Below, one piece after another: positions 22,432 through 36,769 of a DNA stretch of 64,000 nucleotides. Positions within the stretch are counted from its first letter, which is position 1; each line of letters starts with the position of its first letter. A program made the translations under genes and the position numbers. The DNA lies in contig CAVVUS010000027.1 of NCBI GenBank assembly GCA_963751345.1, positions 64,001-128,000 of the forward strand, written 5' to 3'. The DNA comes from an uncultured Chloroflexia bacterium. GTDB taxonomy: Bacteria; Chloroflexota; Anaerolineae; B4-G1; SLSP01. The notes under the pieces are model-generated. The model had not been told where the DNA came from and searched no databases. It saw only the letters and a program-made list of their open reading frames with translations.

Positions 22432-22568
22432 CTCTCTTCCCTCCTGATAGTTAGTCGTGTCAGTCCGTTAGCACATTGAACGTTTGCACGTTCGGACTGT
22501 TAGTTTCAACGTGCAAACGTTCAAACGTGCTAACAGCTTGCCCTGTGTATGTCACGGGGTCCCAACGC

Positions 22569-24161
22569 TTATCCATACTCTGTCTTGACACCCTTCGTCG
22601 GAAGACCGGTATCGTAGTCGCGCACCTCCGGCGCATAGCCGTCAGCAGGCCGCGGGCGGAACTCTCCACGCCACTGCAGTCTCCGGCTAGCACGCCAGGG
22701 GCGCCGCTCCCAGACCGGGCCTCGGAAGGGATCGCGCTTCTCGTACATCCACGACAGCAATCGGTCGTGGAGCCGATTACGTACTCCGACCATTGCGGGA
22801 TCATCAATCAAGTTGGTCACCTCGCCTGGGTCATCGGCAAGGTCGTATAACTCATCACTGTAGAGCAGGTTGATGACCAGCTTATGCCGCCCCTCCACCC
22901 AACCGCGCACCGGCTGGAACCCGCCCCAGGAATCGTGTTCGATTTCATAGCGCTGGAACTCTATGGCAACGCCCCGATCGGGATCCTCCTCTCCCAGAAG
23001 CTGCGGGACCAGACTCTCGCCCTCCAGGATCGGCGGCACATCGAGCCTGGCCAGTTCGAGCATCGTCGGCAGCAGATCGATGTGGCTGACCAACGTGGCA
23101 ACGCCGCCACGCCGACTTCCCTCTTCTCCAAGGTCAGGTTCGGAGAGAAGTCGAGCAAAAGGATGGGGAGGGGAAGCGCTTGACTCGGCAGTGGGCAGTT
23201 CGATGATGAGCGGGATGTGGGTAATCTCCTCATACATCACGGGGCCCTTCCCCGTGAGTTGGTGCGCACCCAGCATATCGCCATGGTCAGAGGTGAAAAT
23301 CACGACGGTGTTCTCGGGTGCTAGCCGGTGGGTCGCGTCGATGACGCGCCCGATCTCGGCGTCGACGAAACTGTTGCACCCGAAATACATAGGGTCGCGA
23401 ATCGTGCCATTGCGGATTCGCCGACCGATCGCGGCAGACTCAGCCCACTCGCGCTGATGTGCAGGCTTGTCCTCCAGCGTATCGAAGGCCCCCGGGCCGA
23501 GAGGATAATCATAGTCCATGAACCTCTCGGCGTATTCGGGTGGACACGTGTAGGGGTGGTGCGGCTCGTCGTAGGAGACAACCAGCAGGAAAGGCTCACC
23601 GCCCTGACGTTGAAGGAAATCGATCGCACGGTCACCGATACGATGGGCCCAGGTGAACCCCGGCCGAATATCATGCTCACGAAGATCCGCCGGAGAGTTC
23701 AACCCCCGCCGCCACAGCGTGATCTCGTCCTGCGTCAGTTCATCCAGATAGTTCTTGCCATCGAACCAGTAGGCGGGATCCCACCCGTCAGGGCAGATCC
23801 CCGTGCCGAAATAGTCGTGCCCGTCGAGGTGCCACTTGCCGATGTAGCCGGTCCGGTACCCGCCGTCGCTGAACCGCCGTCCCATCGTGATGACGTTATC
23901 GCCCAGGGGCAGGTTATTCGTCCATGCCCCAGCCGTGTGCGGATAAATGCCCGTGAAGAGCCCGGCACGCGCCGGGGTACACAAAGGGCACGTGGTGTAG
24001 GCATGCTCGAACTTGATGCCGGTCTCGGCCAGCCGGTCGATGTTCGGCGTCCCAAGGTCTAGCGCCCTAGCAGAAGCATAGGCCCCAATCACGTTGGTGG
24101 CCTGGGTGTCGGTCATAATCAGGACGAAGTTGGGGCGCTCCCCGGCTATCCCATTCGTCAT
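22569..24161 (-). CDS. yidJ: Cys-type sulfatase, YidJ-like
   Basis: IMTDTQ, CTPARAGLFTG, GKWHLDGHDYFGTG, SYDEPHHP, TSDHG; closely follows E. coli YidJ. Confidence 0.88.
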   Translation of the reverse strand: MTNGIAGERPNFVLIMTDTQATNVIGAYASARALDLGTPNIDRLAETGIKFEHAYTTCPLCTPARAGLFTGIYPHTAGAWTNNLPLGDNVITMGRRFSDGGYRTGYIGKWHLDGHDYFGTGICPDGWDPAYWFDGKNYLDELTQDEITLWRRGLNSPADLREHDIRPGFTWAHRIGDRAIDFLQRQGGEPFLLVVSYDEPHHPYTCPPEYAERFMDYDYPLGPGAFDTLEDKPAHQREWAESAAIGRRIRNGTIRDPMYFGCNSFVDAEIGRVIDATHRLAPENTVVIFTSDHGDMLGAHQLTGKGPVMYEEITHIPLIIELPTAESSASPPHPFARLLSEPDLGEEGSRRGGVATLVSHIDLLPTMLELARLDVPPILEGESLVPQLLGEEDPDRGVAIEFQRYEIEHDSWGGFQPVRGWVEGRHKLVINLLYSDELYDLADDPGEVTNLIDDPAMVGVRNRLHDRLLSWMYEKRDPFRGPVWERRPWRASRRLQWRGEFRPRPADGYAPEVRDYDTGLPTKGVKTEYG

Positions 24162-24233
24162 AGGACCTCCTTCAGTTGGCAGTACATAAACTTGGCGGCG
24201 ATGGGTGTCAACATCGACACCGGCCTCGCGCGA

Positions 24234-25088
24234 TCAGGGATACTTCCTGTGCAGCGCCCGCAGATCGATGCGGCCCTCAAGGTCGTCGACGATGCGGACG
24301 TTGGCCTCCAGAATCTCAACGTCGCGCATGCCGACAAGGGCAACGTCCACCATCGGGTTCGAGAGCACGAACTGAAGCAGTGCGGGGGTGTAGTCGAAGG
24401 TGTTGTCCGGGTTCGCCCACTGGATCCACCGCTGGAGCAGGCCCGACGTGACCGTACGCATCGTCACGACACCCATCTGCTGTGCCTCGGCGTCGAACAT
24501 CGTGCCGAAGGGACGGGTCCACTCTGCCGGATGCTGATAGAGCAAGTTGTAGCAAAGTTGCATCACGTCGAAGCGCCCCGACTCGATAAAGCGATAGACC
24601 GCCGGGTTGTTGTCCTCCGTGGTGAAACCCAGGAAGCGGATCAACCCCTCGTCTCGCAGCGCTTCCATCTGTGACACCATCCCCCCTGGCGCGAGAAGGG
24701 CATCCGCCTGCTCTTTGCGATAGCTGGACCCGTGGATCTGCAGCAGATCGAGGCGATCACGCTGCAGCCGTTCGAGGCTTCCCTCGACGCTGGCCCGAAC
24801 ATCCGTGTCAGTCGGGACGATCTTCGTTGCCACAAAGATGCTGTCGCCCAGTCCGGCCAACGCCTCTCCGTAGATCGCCTCGCTGGCGCCCTGGCCATAG
24901 GCCGGCGCCGTGTCGAAGTAGGTGACGCCCAACTCGACGGCACGCTGGAGCGCCTGTATCACCGCGGCACGTTGTTCGCGGTCCTCCGGCGTGTAATCCG
25001 CAAGATAGTTCGCAAGCCCTGCAGGCGCACCGCCAAATCCCAACCGGCTGACGGTCACCCCGGTTCTGCCCAACTTCGTGGTTTCCAT
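24234..25088 (-). CDS. Aldo/keto reductase
   Basis: LGRTGVTVSRLGFG, FDTAPAYG, VATK, DLLQIH. Confidence 0.88.
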   Translation of the reverse strand: METTKLGRTGVTVSRLGFGGAPAGLANYLADYTPEDREQRAAVIQALQRAVELGVTYFDTAPAYGQGASEAIYGEALAGLGDSIFVATKIVPTDTDVRASVEGSLERLQRDRLDLLQIHGSSYRKEQADALLAPGGMVSQMEALRDEGLIRFLGFTTEDNNPAVYRFIESGRFDVMQLCYNLLYQHPAEWTRPFGTMFDAEAQQMGVVTMRTVTSGLLQRWIQWANPDNTFDYTPALLQFVLSNPMVDVALVGMRDVEILEANVRIVDDLEGRIDLRALHRKYP

Positions 25089-27572
25089 AAATGCCCTCTC
25101 TGTATCAGTCGTCCAGTCTGCTGGGCGCATCGTCCAGTCTGCTGGGCGCATCGTCCAGTCTGCTGGACGCGTGGTCCAGTCTGCTGGGCGCATCGTCCAG
25201 TCTGCTGGACGCATCGTCCAGTCTGCTGGGCACGCCAGTGGGCCTGGTCTTGGCTCAGCTCGAAGACCAGCACATCGTAGTCTACGACCCTCGGCACAGT
25301 AACCCTCCAGACCCCATCGACTTGCGCGACGGGGAGCGCGGCGCCATCGGAGAGCATGAATGCCCTCTCGACACTGCACCCGGCCTCCGCCGGCAGTTCG
25401 ACGATGACGTCGTACAGCGGAACGAGCTCACGGAAGAAACGTTCCCCACCTGTCAGGTTAATCAGATGCACCATGCGCCGCGCAGAGGCCTGGGTGCGCA
25501 GCGAGACCTGCAACGTCGGCGGAGCCGTTACGCGTAGCGGCAGCACGTCGTGCGCCGCCCATCGTACGGCGTTGGCGATCAATCGCTGCAGATCCGGATA
25601 GGGCACCGTCCATGCCAAGGAACCCAGGGCACCGGAGAAGTATACCGAGCGCCCACCGCTCTCAGACTCCTTGATAATCACCAACGGGTCGCCGCCCGCC
25701 GTCGTGGAAACGTCGCGGTGCCCCATCTCAGCCTCAGATGTCGAGGCCGTGGGGTAGGAGTAACCCTCCGGGAAAACGATGAACGGGGTCGACAACGTCA
25801 AGGGCACGGATGTGCCGGGCGACGCGCGACGGTGCAGTAGTCTCCCCCCATCGGAAGCACCGACGTTCCCTCCAAGCCATCGACGAGGGGATGCTGTCGG
25901 GCGATATCCATGTAGACCTGCTTGTAGCCCTGATCTGCACTCGCCATCGACGATCGGGTGACACCGCTGTAGCGCACCCCGAACACGTCCTCCAGAAGGA
26001 AGCCATCGCGCCGAAGGCCTTCAGCGTCGCAAAGCGACGTCTCAAACGTGGTGACGATGTTGCCGCCGCGCCGGACATAGCCGCGGATCGCCTCAGCCTC
26101 TTCTTCGGTCATGCAGGCCAGATTTGGCAACACAAGCACAGCATAGCGGTCCAGCAACTCACCCACGGCCTCCGTTGTAGAGACAGGGCGGTCGCCCCTC
26201 GCCGGTGTGATGCCGTCGTAGAGTGGATGCTCCGTCGCCGTTGTAGAGACGGGGCGGCGCCCCGTCTGCGGCGCTAGGAGCCGCGTCGAGATGATATCGA
26301 AGGGAATATGCGCCGCGTGCAATGCTTGCTCGATTCCCCGTATCTCCCTCACGTACCGCTTCTCGGGCTCGTCCCTGCCGTAGAAGACAAGCGTATCGAG
26401 AGAGTAGACGATAGCAACGTTGGCCCCCGAGGCATCCCCTTCGTAGTAGTCGCGGTGCGTCGCAAGAAAACCGTAGAGGTCGCGAATCACATCGAAGCCA
26501 CGGGGATCCTCGTGCACGGCCGGCGGGCCGCCCGACAGGTTCACCATCGGATCGGCACCGTTGGCCGCAATCTGGGCCAGATAGACTTTCTGCTCCGCGG
26601 GCGCCATCGCGCTCCGACGCCAGGGCCACGCGAGGAAGTAGGAAGCCACCACCCAGATCGGCGTGTCGGAGACCGACGTCATGAATCGCGCACTCTCGGC
26701 GGGCCAGCTCAGATACTGCCACGTGGCCGATCCGCTTCGCGTTCATTGTAGCGCGCTCGTGTCTGAACTTCCACCTGGACGGCGTCCGCGACCGCGGCCT
26801 GACTCTCGACGTCGATCGACGAACCCACCGTCCAGTCAGGATCCCCAAAGCAGACACTGTTGCCCATAAAGGGCATGTCGGGATCTATAGCGTGGACAAC
26901 CTCGCCGAGCTGATCGACCCGTTGGCGGGCATGCTCAATCCGCCAGGCAGTATACGTTCGCCATAGGGGGTCGGACCAGTTCACCTCTGATGGAAGCTCA
27001 CGCCCGGTCTCCTCGTAGAAGCTCCGGCGGCAATTGGGACAGTAGCAAATGGAGCGAGAGAACCCGAAGCTCCCGCCCCCGAACTTCACACAGTCGAGCG
27101 GATACCGCCCCAAGATCTCCGCTACGATCTCGCGCACGGACGCCGTCTGAGGCGCGTAGTCGGTCTGATAGCCGCCCATGGGACATGCCGCATACAGGCC
27201 GGGCACGCGCTCCACGGGACGTCCGGCTGCATCCTGGGCACACCAGTCCGGATGATCCCGCGCGGCCTGCTCCGGCACCTGGCCAAGGTCGATCATGCCC
27301 AGGGCCTTGATACCGGCGGCGTGGGCAGCCTCAACGATCTCGCCGGCAAGGTCACGACCGCCAAGATAAGGACTCTCTCGCTGATAGGCCAGCCGGGTCG
27401 GATAGGTCGTCACGTACCCGCCGACAAAGAAGCTGAAGAACGTCGCGTGCATCGAGGCCAAATCATCGATGAAGCGCTGGACGTCAAAATCACGGCAGTC
27501 CACGTCACGGATCGTGACGTGGAATCCCCGATTCCGACGCTTGAGCCAGGCGTTGCGATCTCTGCCGGTCAT
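25055..27572 (-). CDS. Putative glycoside hydrolase (GHL6-like barrel plus beta-galactosidase trimerisation domain), two frameshifts
   Basis: HPDWCAQD, ICYCPNCRRSF, HIPFDII, VLVLPNLACM, YVRRGGNIVTTFETS, MVHLINLT. Confidence 0.7.
25110..25235. repeat. Six tandem 21-bp hairpin units (family B)
   Basis: CGTCCAGTCTGCTGG(G/A)CGCAT x6; each holds the stem CGTCCAG/CTGG(G/A)CG. Confidence 0.95.
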
Positions 27573-27626
27573 GATGCCCCTCAATGAGTCTTGATCCCTG
27601 AGCCGCAGATCCCCATCCGTCATCCG

Positions 27627-30913
<3,287 letters not shown>

Positions 30914-30983
30914 TTACGTACCGATGTGACGGGTGACGAGTGATCGGAGACGTCACCGGTCACATCGTCACTCGTCGTCTTTC

Positions 30984-31433
30984 TCAGAAATTCTCGAGCA
31001 GCTCCAACATCACACCCAGCACCGGCTCGCTATCGACGTAGGTGTACATGCCGCCGGGATAGTGCCCCTGCTGGATCACAGGCATATTGTAATCTGCGAG
31101 GAAGTTGGTCACGTTGTCGGTACCCTTGACCTGGAAAGCGATATGGTGGACGCACTCCCCCCTCTCGTCCAGAATCTCCTGCCACACGCTGCCTTCACCG
31201 ATCGGCTCAATCAGCTCCAAGTCGACCTGGCCAAGCTTGAAGAAAGCCAGCTTGGCCTGCGCATTCGTCGGCTCGCCCCGGTATGTGGCGTCAGCATCGG
31301 GTCCGCCGGCGATGCTCACGCTGGGCTTGGGGAGGCCAAAGATCTTGCTGTAGGTCTCGATGGCCTTGTCGATGTCCTTCACCACCAACCCAATCTGCGT
31401 GACGATGTGGGTGCCCATGCCTTTTTCAGCCAT
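30984..31433 (-). CDS. VOC-family protein (methylmalonyl-CoA epimerase-like)
   Basis: QIGLVVKDI, LELIEP, HHIAF, MLELLE. Confidence 0.85.
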   Translation of the reverse strand: MAEKGMGTHIVTQIGLVVKDIDKAIETYSKIFGLPKPSVSIAGGPDADATYRGEPTNAQAKLAFFKLGQVDLELIEPIGEGSVWQEILDERGECVHHIAFQVKGTDNVTNFLADYNMPVIQQGHYPGGMYTYVDSEPVLGVMLELLENF

Positions 31434-31455
31434 CTCAGTCTCTCCTTCTCTTGCG

Positions 31456-32481
31456 TTACTTGATGATTTCCCTGACGGGATAGATCCCTTCATTGCGCCA
31501 GACGTCGAGAATCAGCTCATATCGATCAAGCTGCATTCCCGTATAGACACAATTACTCGTCGAGAAAATGTAGCGTCCACCCGGCATCCCGTGCTGCAAC
31601 GCGTAGCGCGCGGACGCTACAACCTCCGCGTCGGTGCCCGTGTCCATCAGGCCGCAGTTCACGTTACCGATAAGGCAGATCTCATCCCCACAAATCCGCT
31701 TCACCTCCGCAATGTCGACCCCGCCTTGGGGATCTAGAGAATGCAGCGCGTGAGGATTGGCCTGGATCAACTGGTCCAGGATTGGCATGATGTTGCCATC
31801 CGTGTGCTTGATGGCGTAGAAACCGAGATCGCGATAGCCCTGGATCAACTCAGCAAGGTAGGGCGTGACAAACTCGCTGAAGCGCGATGGGCTGAGAAAG
31901 GGACCGGTGTTGAAGCAGTAGTCAGAGCACAGCGCGAAACCATCGAGTCCTTCCACGCCCGGCGGGCGGTGACTCACCAAACCCTCGGCCCTGGCCAACG
32001 CGTGATCGACGCTTGTCTGGGCCTCGCGCTTGAGCCCCGCCGGATCATCGATCAGCCGGTAGGAGAACTCGGCCATCTGATCGCCGCCGGGGATGCTGAA
32101 CGTGGCATCGCCGTGCATCATCAGGAAGTAGCGATCTCCACTCTTCTCCCGGACCAGGTCGATCAAGCGCAGGGTCTCCTGCTCGTCGCCCGGATTGGGA
32201 TGCAGAAAGATCGCGTTGTGTTCGTACCGTTCGGCGGTGGCAATATAGAGATCCGCCATATCCTCTCGGTGGAGACGACGCTCTTCCTCGCTCATCTGAA
32301 CCCACTGATGATAGCTGCGATGGCTGGGATGAACCTTGCCGAACGCCTCCATCGTCAGAAAGAAGACCAACTCGAAGTGGGGCACGCGCCCGATATAGGG
32401 ACGCCCCTCCAGGGCATCGATGAACTGCTCACGCGGCGTATTCGTCCCGCCGGCCATTAGCGGATTCGCTGGTTTGTCCAT
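31456..32481 (-). CDS. Uroporphyrinogen decarboxylase-family (MtaA/CmuA-like) protein
   Basis: SDYCFNTGPFLSP, KHTDGNI, LIGNVN, IFSTSNC. Confidence 0.8.
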   Translation of the reverse strand: MDKPANPLMAGGTNTPREQFIDALEGRPYIGRVPHFELVFFLTMEAFGKVHPSHRSYHQWVQMSEEERRLHREDMADLYIATAERYEHNAIFLHPNPGDEQETLRLIDLVREKSGDRYFLMMHGDATFSIPGGDQMAEFSYRLIDDPAGLKREAQTSVDHALARAEGLVSHRPPGVEGLDGFALCSDYCFNTGPFLSPSRFSEFVTPYLAELIQGYRDLGFYAIKHTDGNIMPILDQLIQANPHALHSLDPQGGVDIAEVKRICGDEICLIGNVNCGLMDTGTDAEVVASARYALQHGMPGGRYIFSTSNCVYTGMQLDRYELILDVWRNEGIYPVREIIK

Positions 32482-33474
32482 CTACGCCAGGATATCCTCG
32501 ATCGCGGCCAGTTCCTCGCCACTCAGATCGAGGTTGGCGACCACGCCGGCGCAGTCCTCGATCTGACTCACGCGGCTGGCACCGATCAGAACAGACGTCA
32601 CCACAGAGTGGCGCAGTACCCATGCAAGAGCCAACTGTGCTATCGTCTGTCCCCGTGCCTCGGCGATGGCTTTGAGCTTGCGCACCTTGGCCAGTTTCTC
32701 GTCGGTGATCTGTGCGGGGCGGAGGAAACCGTGCGGGTTCGCGGCCCGTGAGTCCTCGGGGATATCCCCGCCAAGGTACTTGCTGGTCAACAACCCCTGC
32801 GCCAACGGCGAGAAGCAAATCGCGCCCATACCTGTGTCCTCAAGCGCCTCCAGCAGACCATCCTCGATCCAGCGGTTGAACATGCTGTAGGAAGGCTGGT
32901 GGATGAGGCAGGGCGTACCGAGGTCCTCGAGAATCCGGGCGGCACGCCGCGTCTGGTCCGGATTGTAGTTCGAGATGCCCGCATAGAGCGCCCGCCCACT
33001 CCGCACGGCATAATCCAGCGCACCCATCGTCTCCTCAAGCGGCGTCTCCGGATCAGGGCGATGGCTGTAGAAGATATCAACGTACTCCATGCCCAATCGT
33101 TTCAGGCTCTGATCGAGGCTGGCAATCAGATACTTTCGTGACCCCCACTCGCCATAGGGGCCGGGCCACATCCCGTAGCCGGCCTTTGTTGAGATAATGA
33201 GCTCATCCCTGTACGGCGCCAGGTCCTGGGCCATGACCCTGCCCAGCGTCTCCTCGGCAGAACCAGGAGGCGGGCCGTAGTTGTTGCCCAAGTCGAAGTG
33301 GGTGATACCGAGATCGAACGCACGCCGCAACATGGCGCGCGCATTCTCATAGTTATCGAACCCACCGAAATTGTGCCATAGCCCCAGCGAGACCGCCGGA
33401 AGCTTCAACCCGCTGCGCCCGCAGCGGTTGTACTGCATGCTCTCGTAACGATTCCCGTCAGCAACGAACACCAT
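32482..33474 (-). CDS. yghZ: L-glyceraldehyde 3-phosphate reductase (AKR)
   Basis: SLGLWHNFG, THFDLGNNYGPPPGSAE, STKAGYGMWPGPYG, YSHRPD. Confidence 0.92.
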   Translation of the reverse strand: MVFVADGNRYESMQYNRCGRSGLKLPAVSLGLWHNFGGFDNYENARAMLRRAFDLGITHFDLGNNYGPPPGSAEETLGRVMAQDLAPYRDELIISTKAGYGMWPGPYGEWGSRKYLIASLDQSLKRLGMEYVDIFYSHRPDPETPLEETMGALDYAVRSGRALYAGISNYNPDQTRRAARILEDLGTPCLIHQPSYSMFNRWIEDGLLEALEDTGMGAICFSPLAQGLLTSKYLGGDIPEDSRAANPHGFLRPAQITDEKLAKVRKLKAIAEARGQTIAQLALAWVLRHSVVTSVLIGASRVSQIEDCAGVVANLDLSGEELAAIEDILA

Positions 33475-33591
33475 ATCAACCCTCCATGTCTGTAAAATCT
33501 CTCACACGTTGACACGTTTCAACGTTGGAACAGCTTGCCCTGAGCGCAGCGTAGGGGCGGAAACGTGCTAACAGCTTGCCCTGAGTATGTC

Positions 33592-34693
33592 TCAGGGTTC
33601 TAACGCTGCCTCCACCTCCGGCACCCGCAGGCCGGTCAGCGCCTGCAGTCGTTCGTAAACCCGCGAGAGTGCGGGGAAGTTGTCTGCGCATCATCTCCTC
33701 GGCCCCAGCGCGCATCCCGAGCGCCTCGGCCCCTGCCGACAGCGAAATAGTCACGCTCGCCAACCGTTTGGCGCACGCAAAGACCTCAAAGGGCTCGATA
33801 TTGTGGACCTGCCGTCCGCCAGGCTGCTGGCGCCCGCCAGGCTGCTGGCGCCCGCTCATCGCTTCGTAGGTTCGCAGTATCCTCTCCCTGACCTCACCCC
33901 CCTCTTGCGACCCGACCAGGACCATCGTCCACGCCAGATCGAAGCGCGGGTCCGAGATCTCGAACTGCGTCCAGTCAATCACGACACCGGAGCCGTCGGC
34001 GCGAACCAGGATATTCTCAGGATGATAGTCCCAGTGAATAGGCGCAGCTCGCTCACACGCCATCCCATCCCGCCGGGCAAGCAGCCAATCCAGGATAGGC
34101 AAATATCCCGGCTGGCCAAATCGATCGATGTAGGCTCGCAGAAGGCCCAAGTAATGATCCACGAAGGCATAGGGATTTTCAGGGAACGGCACCGGGAGGA
34201 CGTCAGTCAAAGCTCGCCAGTCAAGCGCATGGAGCTGCACAAAGAGCCGGCAGAAGAGCTCAAACCTCGACCGCTGCTGATCCTCCGGCCCGCTGAAGGT
34301 CTCACGCCACATCCCGTGGCCATCAATGCGCTCCATAAGGATAAAGGGCTTCCCCAGCGGCGCGTCGCTCTGCTCCAACCGCAGGACGGCAGGCACAGCA
34401 TAGCCCACGTCGTGCAGGCGTCGCACGGCATCGAACTCGCGCCCGGCCTTCGCGCCCGCGTCCTGGCCCGGATAGATACGAAGAACCAACGGCTCCCGGC
34501 TGCCGTTGCGTGCGAGATCGAACGCATAGACGTCGCTCTCCCAGCCGGCGCTGATCTCACGGAAATCGACGACCTCCGCGTCCTGATATTCCGGCACGCC
34601 GCCACGCAAATAGGTCTCCAACGCCTCCGAACGCCGTCCGAGGCGCCGCAGCCGCTCAGACGTCACGGCAGCGTCATCTTCCAGCTCATTCAT
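33592..34693 (-). CDS. APH-family phosphotransferase, C-terminal frameshift
   Basis: GWESDVY, LVLRIY, IHWDYHPENI, IDWT, DPRFD. Confidence 0.82.
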
Positions 34694-34736
34694 GTCTCGA
34701 TCCCGTTCCGCATTCGGATGTGCACACAATCTTGCG

Positions 34737-36737
34737 TCAGGCGTCTTGGCCCAACGTCTCCCGCAGGAAGTCGACGATAGCCGGGTAGGCTACCAGCTTG
34801 TTCTTCAACTTGGCAACCCCGTGCCCCTCGTCATCGAAGACCAGGAACCTCACCGGAATATCACGAGCCTCAAGGGCGGCTACGAGCTGCTCGGCCTCGC
34901 TCAGCGGGACCCGAGGATCGTTGCGCCCATGGATGACCATCAGGGGCGCAACGACCTGGTCAATGTGGTTGATCGGTGCAATTCGCTCCAGAAAGTCCCG
35001 GTCGCGCGCCAGGCTACCGTACTCCGCTTCCCTGTGCGCACGACGATAGCCGCTGGTGTTCTCCAGGAAGGTAGCCAGATTGCTGATCCCCACGATGTCG
35101 ACCGCGGCAGCCCACAGGTCGGGATAAGTAGTCACGGCAGAGAGTACCATGAAGCCACCGTAGCTCCCGCCATAGACGGCGATCCGGCTTCCATCGATCT
35201 CGGGACGTGACCGTAGCCAGTATACGGCGTGGGCCAGATCCGCCACCGAATCCATGCGCTTCTCCACGTCGTCGAGGTGGCTGTACCGCTTCCCGTAGCC
35301 CGTCGACCCTCGCACGTTAGGCACCAAGACGGCGTAGCCGTGGTGCAGCAGGTATTGTATGAGAAAGCTGAAACCCGGGCGAGACTGTCCCTCCGGTCCG
35401 CCGTGGACGATGACGACGACGGGCAGCCGCGCATCCACCGCCGTAAGGACAGAGCGCTCGGCGGCCTGTGGCCTGTAGAACCATGCAGGAATCCGCCGCG
35501 TCTCGCCGTCCTCGTCGCGATCGAACGTTGGATAATGAACCAGCACGGGATCGTAGAACGTAGATACCGGCAGGCCTCCATGGGACGACCGCGTTAACGG
35601 ATGCACCTCGTCCGCCACGAGATCCCAGAGATAGAGATCCGCCGTACGCGTCGCGCTGGAGAATGAGAAGGCCAGGGCGGTACCATCCGGTGAGAAAGCC
35701 AGGGCATCACCAATGACGACACCCATCGCCTCCGGGCCTGATGGGCACTCTCGTATCTCCCCACTCTCGGTATCCATCAGCACGACCCGATCTGCACCAT
35801 CCACGTTCACCGTATAGGCAAGCTTCGTCCCGTCTCTCGTGATCGCCAGAGAGCCGCAATCCCAGTTCGGGGCAGCGATGCGCTCAAGCTTTCCCGACGG
35901 TCGGCCGCCCTCAGCCGCAACTCGGCTGTACTCAGCCGCGGCTCGGCTGTACTCAGCCGCAAGATCCACCCGCGCTACGTACAGGAAATCGGCGTCCAGA
36001 TCAGTGACCAGATAAAGTGTGTCGCCATTGGGTGCGCTCGCCGTCCGAGGCGCGCTCGCCGTCCCAGGCGCGGTCGCCGTCCGAGGCGCATAGTGCGGGT
36101 AAAGATAGCGCACCGGCGCATCCGAGCCCAGCAGCGTCCTCGCCTCACCTGTCTCCAGATCGATCTCCAACAGCGTATGATCGAAAGAACTGGCCGTCCT
36201 TACGGCAATCACATGCCGTCCATCGGGCGCGAAGACCAGATGCCATAGGTATCCGCGCGTATCGTTCTGCCAGACACACACGGCCCGGCTCTCGGGCTCG
36301 CTCACGTCCTGCACGTAGAGGTCGAAGAGGGCCGGATCCCGGCGGTTGGCGGCGAAACTGATCCGTTTGCCATCGTCTGACCAACTGCCGAAGAGATGCA
36401 TCGCGTCCTCAAATCCTTCGGTCAGACATCGGACCGAACCCCGGTCCACGTCCAGAAGGAAGAGCTGATGCTGCTCGCTGCCTCCCACGTCGCTCACATA
36501 GAGTAACCGTCCGTCACCAGGCGCTGGGGAGTAGGCCACTTCGGTGACGCGATCTGACGCAAACGACAGCTGATCGGGCCACGGAATGGCGTTGGCATTG
36601 ACGTCGTCGACGGCAACCTGCCACACCTGTGACAAGCCGGTGATGTCGGTGAGAAAGGCAACGTGTTTGCCGTTCGCTCGCCAGGTCGCACCATAGGCCT
36701 GACGGATATTGAGATAGCGCTCAATCGACCAAGACAT
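34737..36737 (-). CDS. S9 prolyl oligopeptidase/acylaminoacyl peptidase
   Basis: Beta-propeller, HGGPEGQ, GGSYGG, DPRVP, DEGH. Confidence 0.92.
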   Translation of the reverse strand: MSWSIERYLNIRQAYGATWRANGKHVAFLTDITGLSQVWQVAVDDVNANAIPWPDQLSFASDRVTEVAYSPAPGDGRLLYVSDVGGSEQHQLFLLDVDRGSVRCLTEGFEDAMHLFGSWSDDGKRISFAANRRDPALFDLYVQDVSEPESRAVCVWQNDTRGYLWHLVFAPDGRHVIAVRTASSFDHTLLEIDLETGEARTLLGSDAPVRYLYPHYAPRTATAPGTASAPRTASAPNGDTLYLVTDLDADFLYVARVDLAAEYSRAAAEYSRVAAEGGRPSGKLERIAAPNWDCGSLAITRDGTKLAYTVNVDGADRVVLMDTESGEIRECPSGPEAMGVVIGDALAFSPDGTALAFSFSSATRTADLYLWDLVADEVHPLTRSSHGGLPVSTFYDPVLVHYPTFDRDEDGETRRIPAWFYRPQAAERSVLTAVDARLPVVVIVHGGPEGQSRPGFSFLIQYLLHHGYAVLVPNVRGSTGYGKRYSHLDDVEKRMDSVADLAHAVYWLRSRPEIDGSRIAVYGGSYGGFMVLSAVTTYPDLWAAAVDIVGISNLATFLENTSGYRRAHREAEYGSLARDRDFLERIAPINHIDQVVAPLMVIHGRNDPRVPLSEAEQLVAALEARDIPVRFLVFDDEGHGVAKLKNKLVAYPAIVDFLRETLGQDA
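36036..36089 (-). repeat. Three family A units in the S9 peptidase
   Basis: [18 protein letters not shown], 54 bp. Confidence 0.92.
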
Positions 36738-36769
36738 ACTCGTGCCTCCTGAAAACAGCCCTAAGGTCC

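Noticed and set aside
25110-25235. CRISPR array
   Set aside because: Direct tandem 21-bp units with no spacers and no cas genes.
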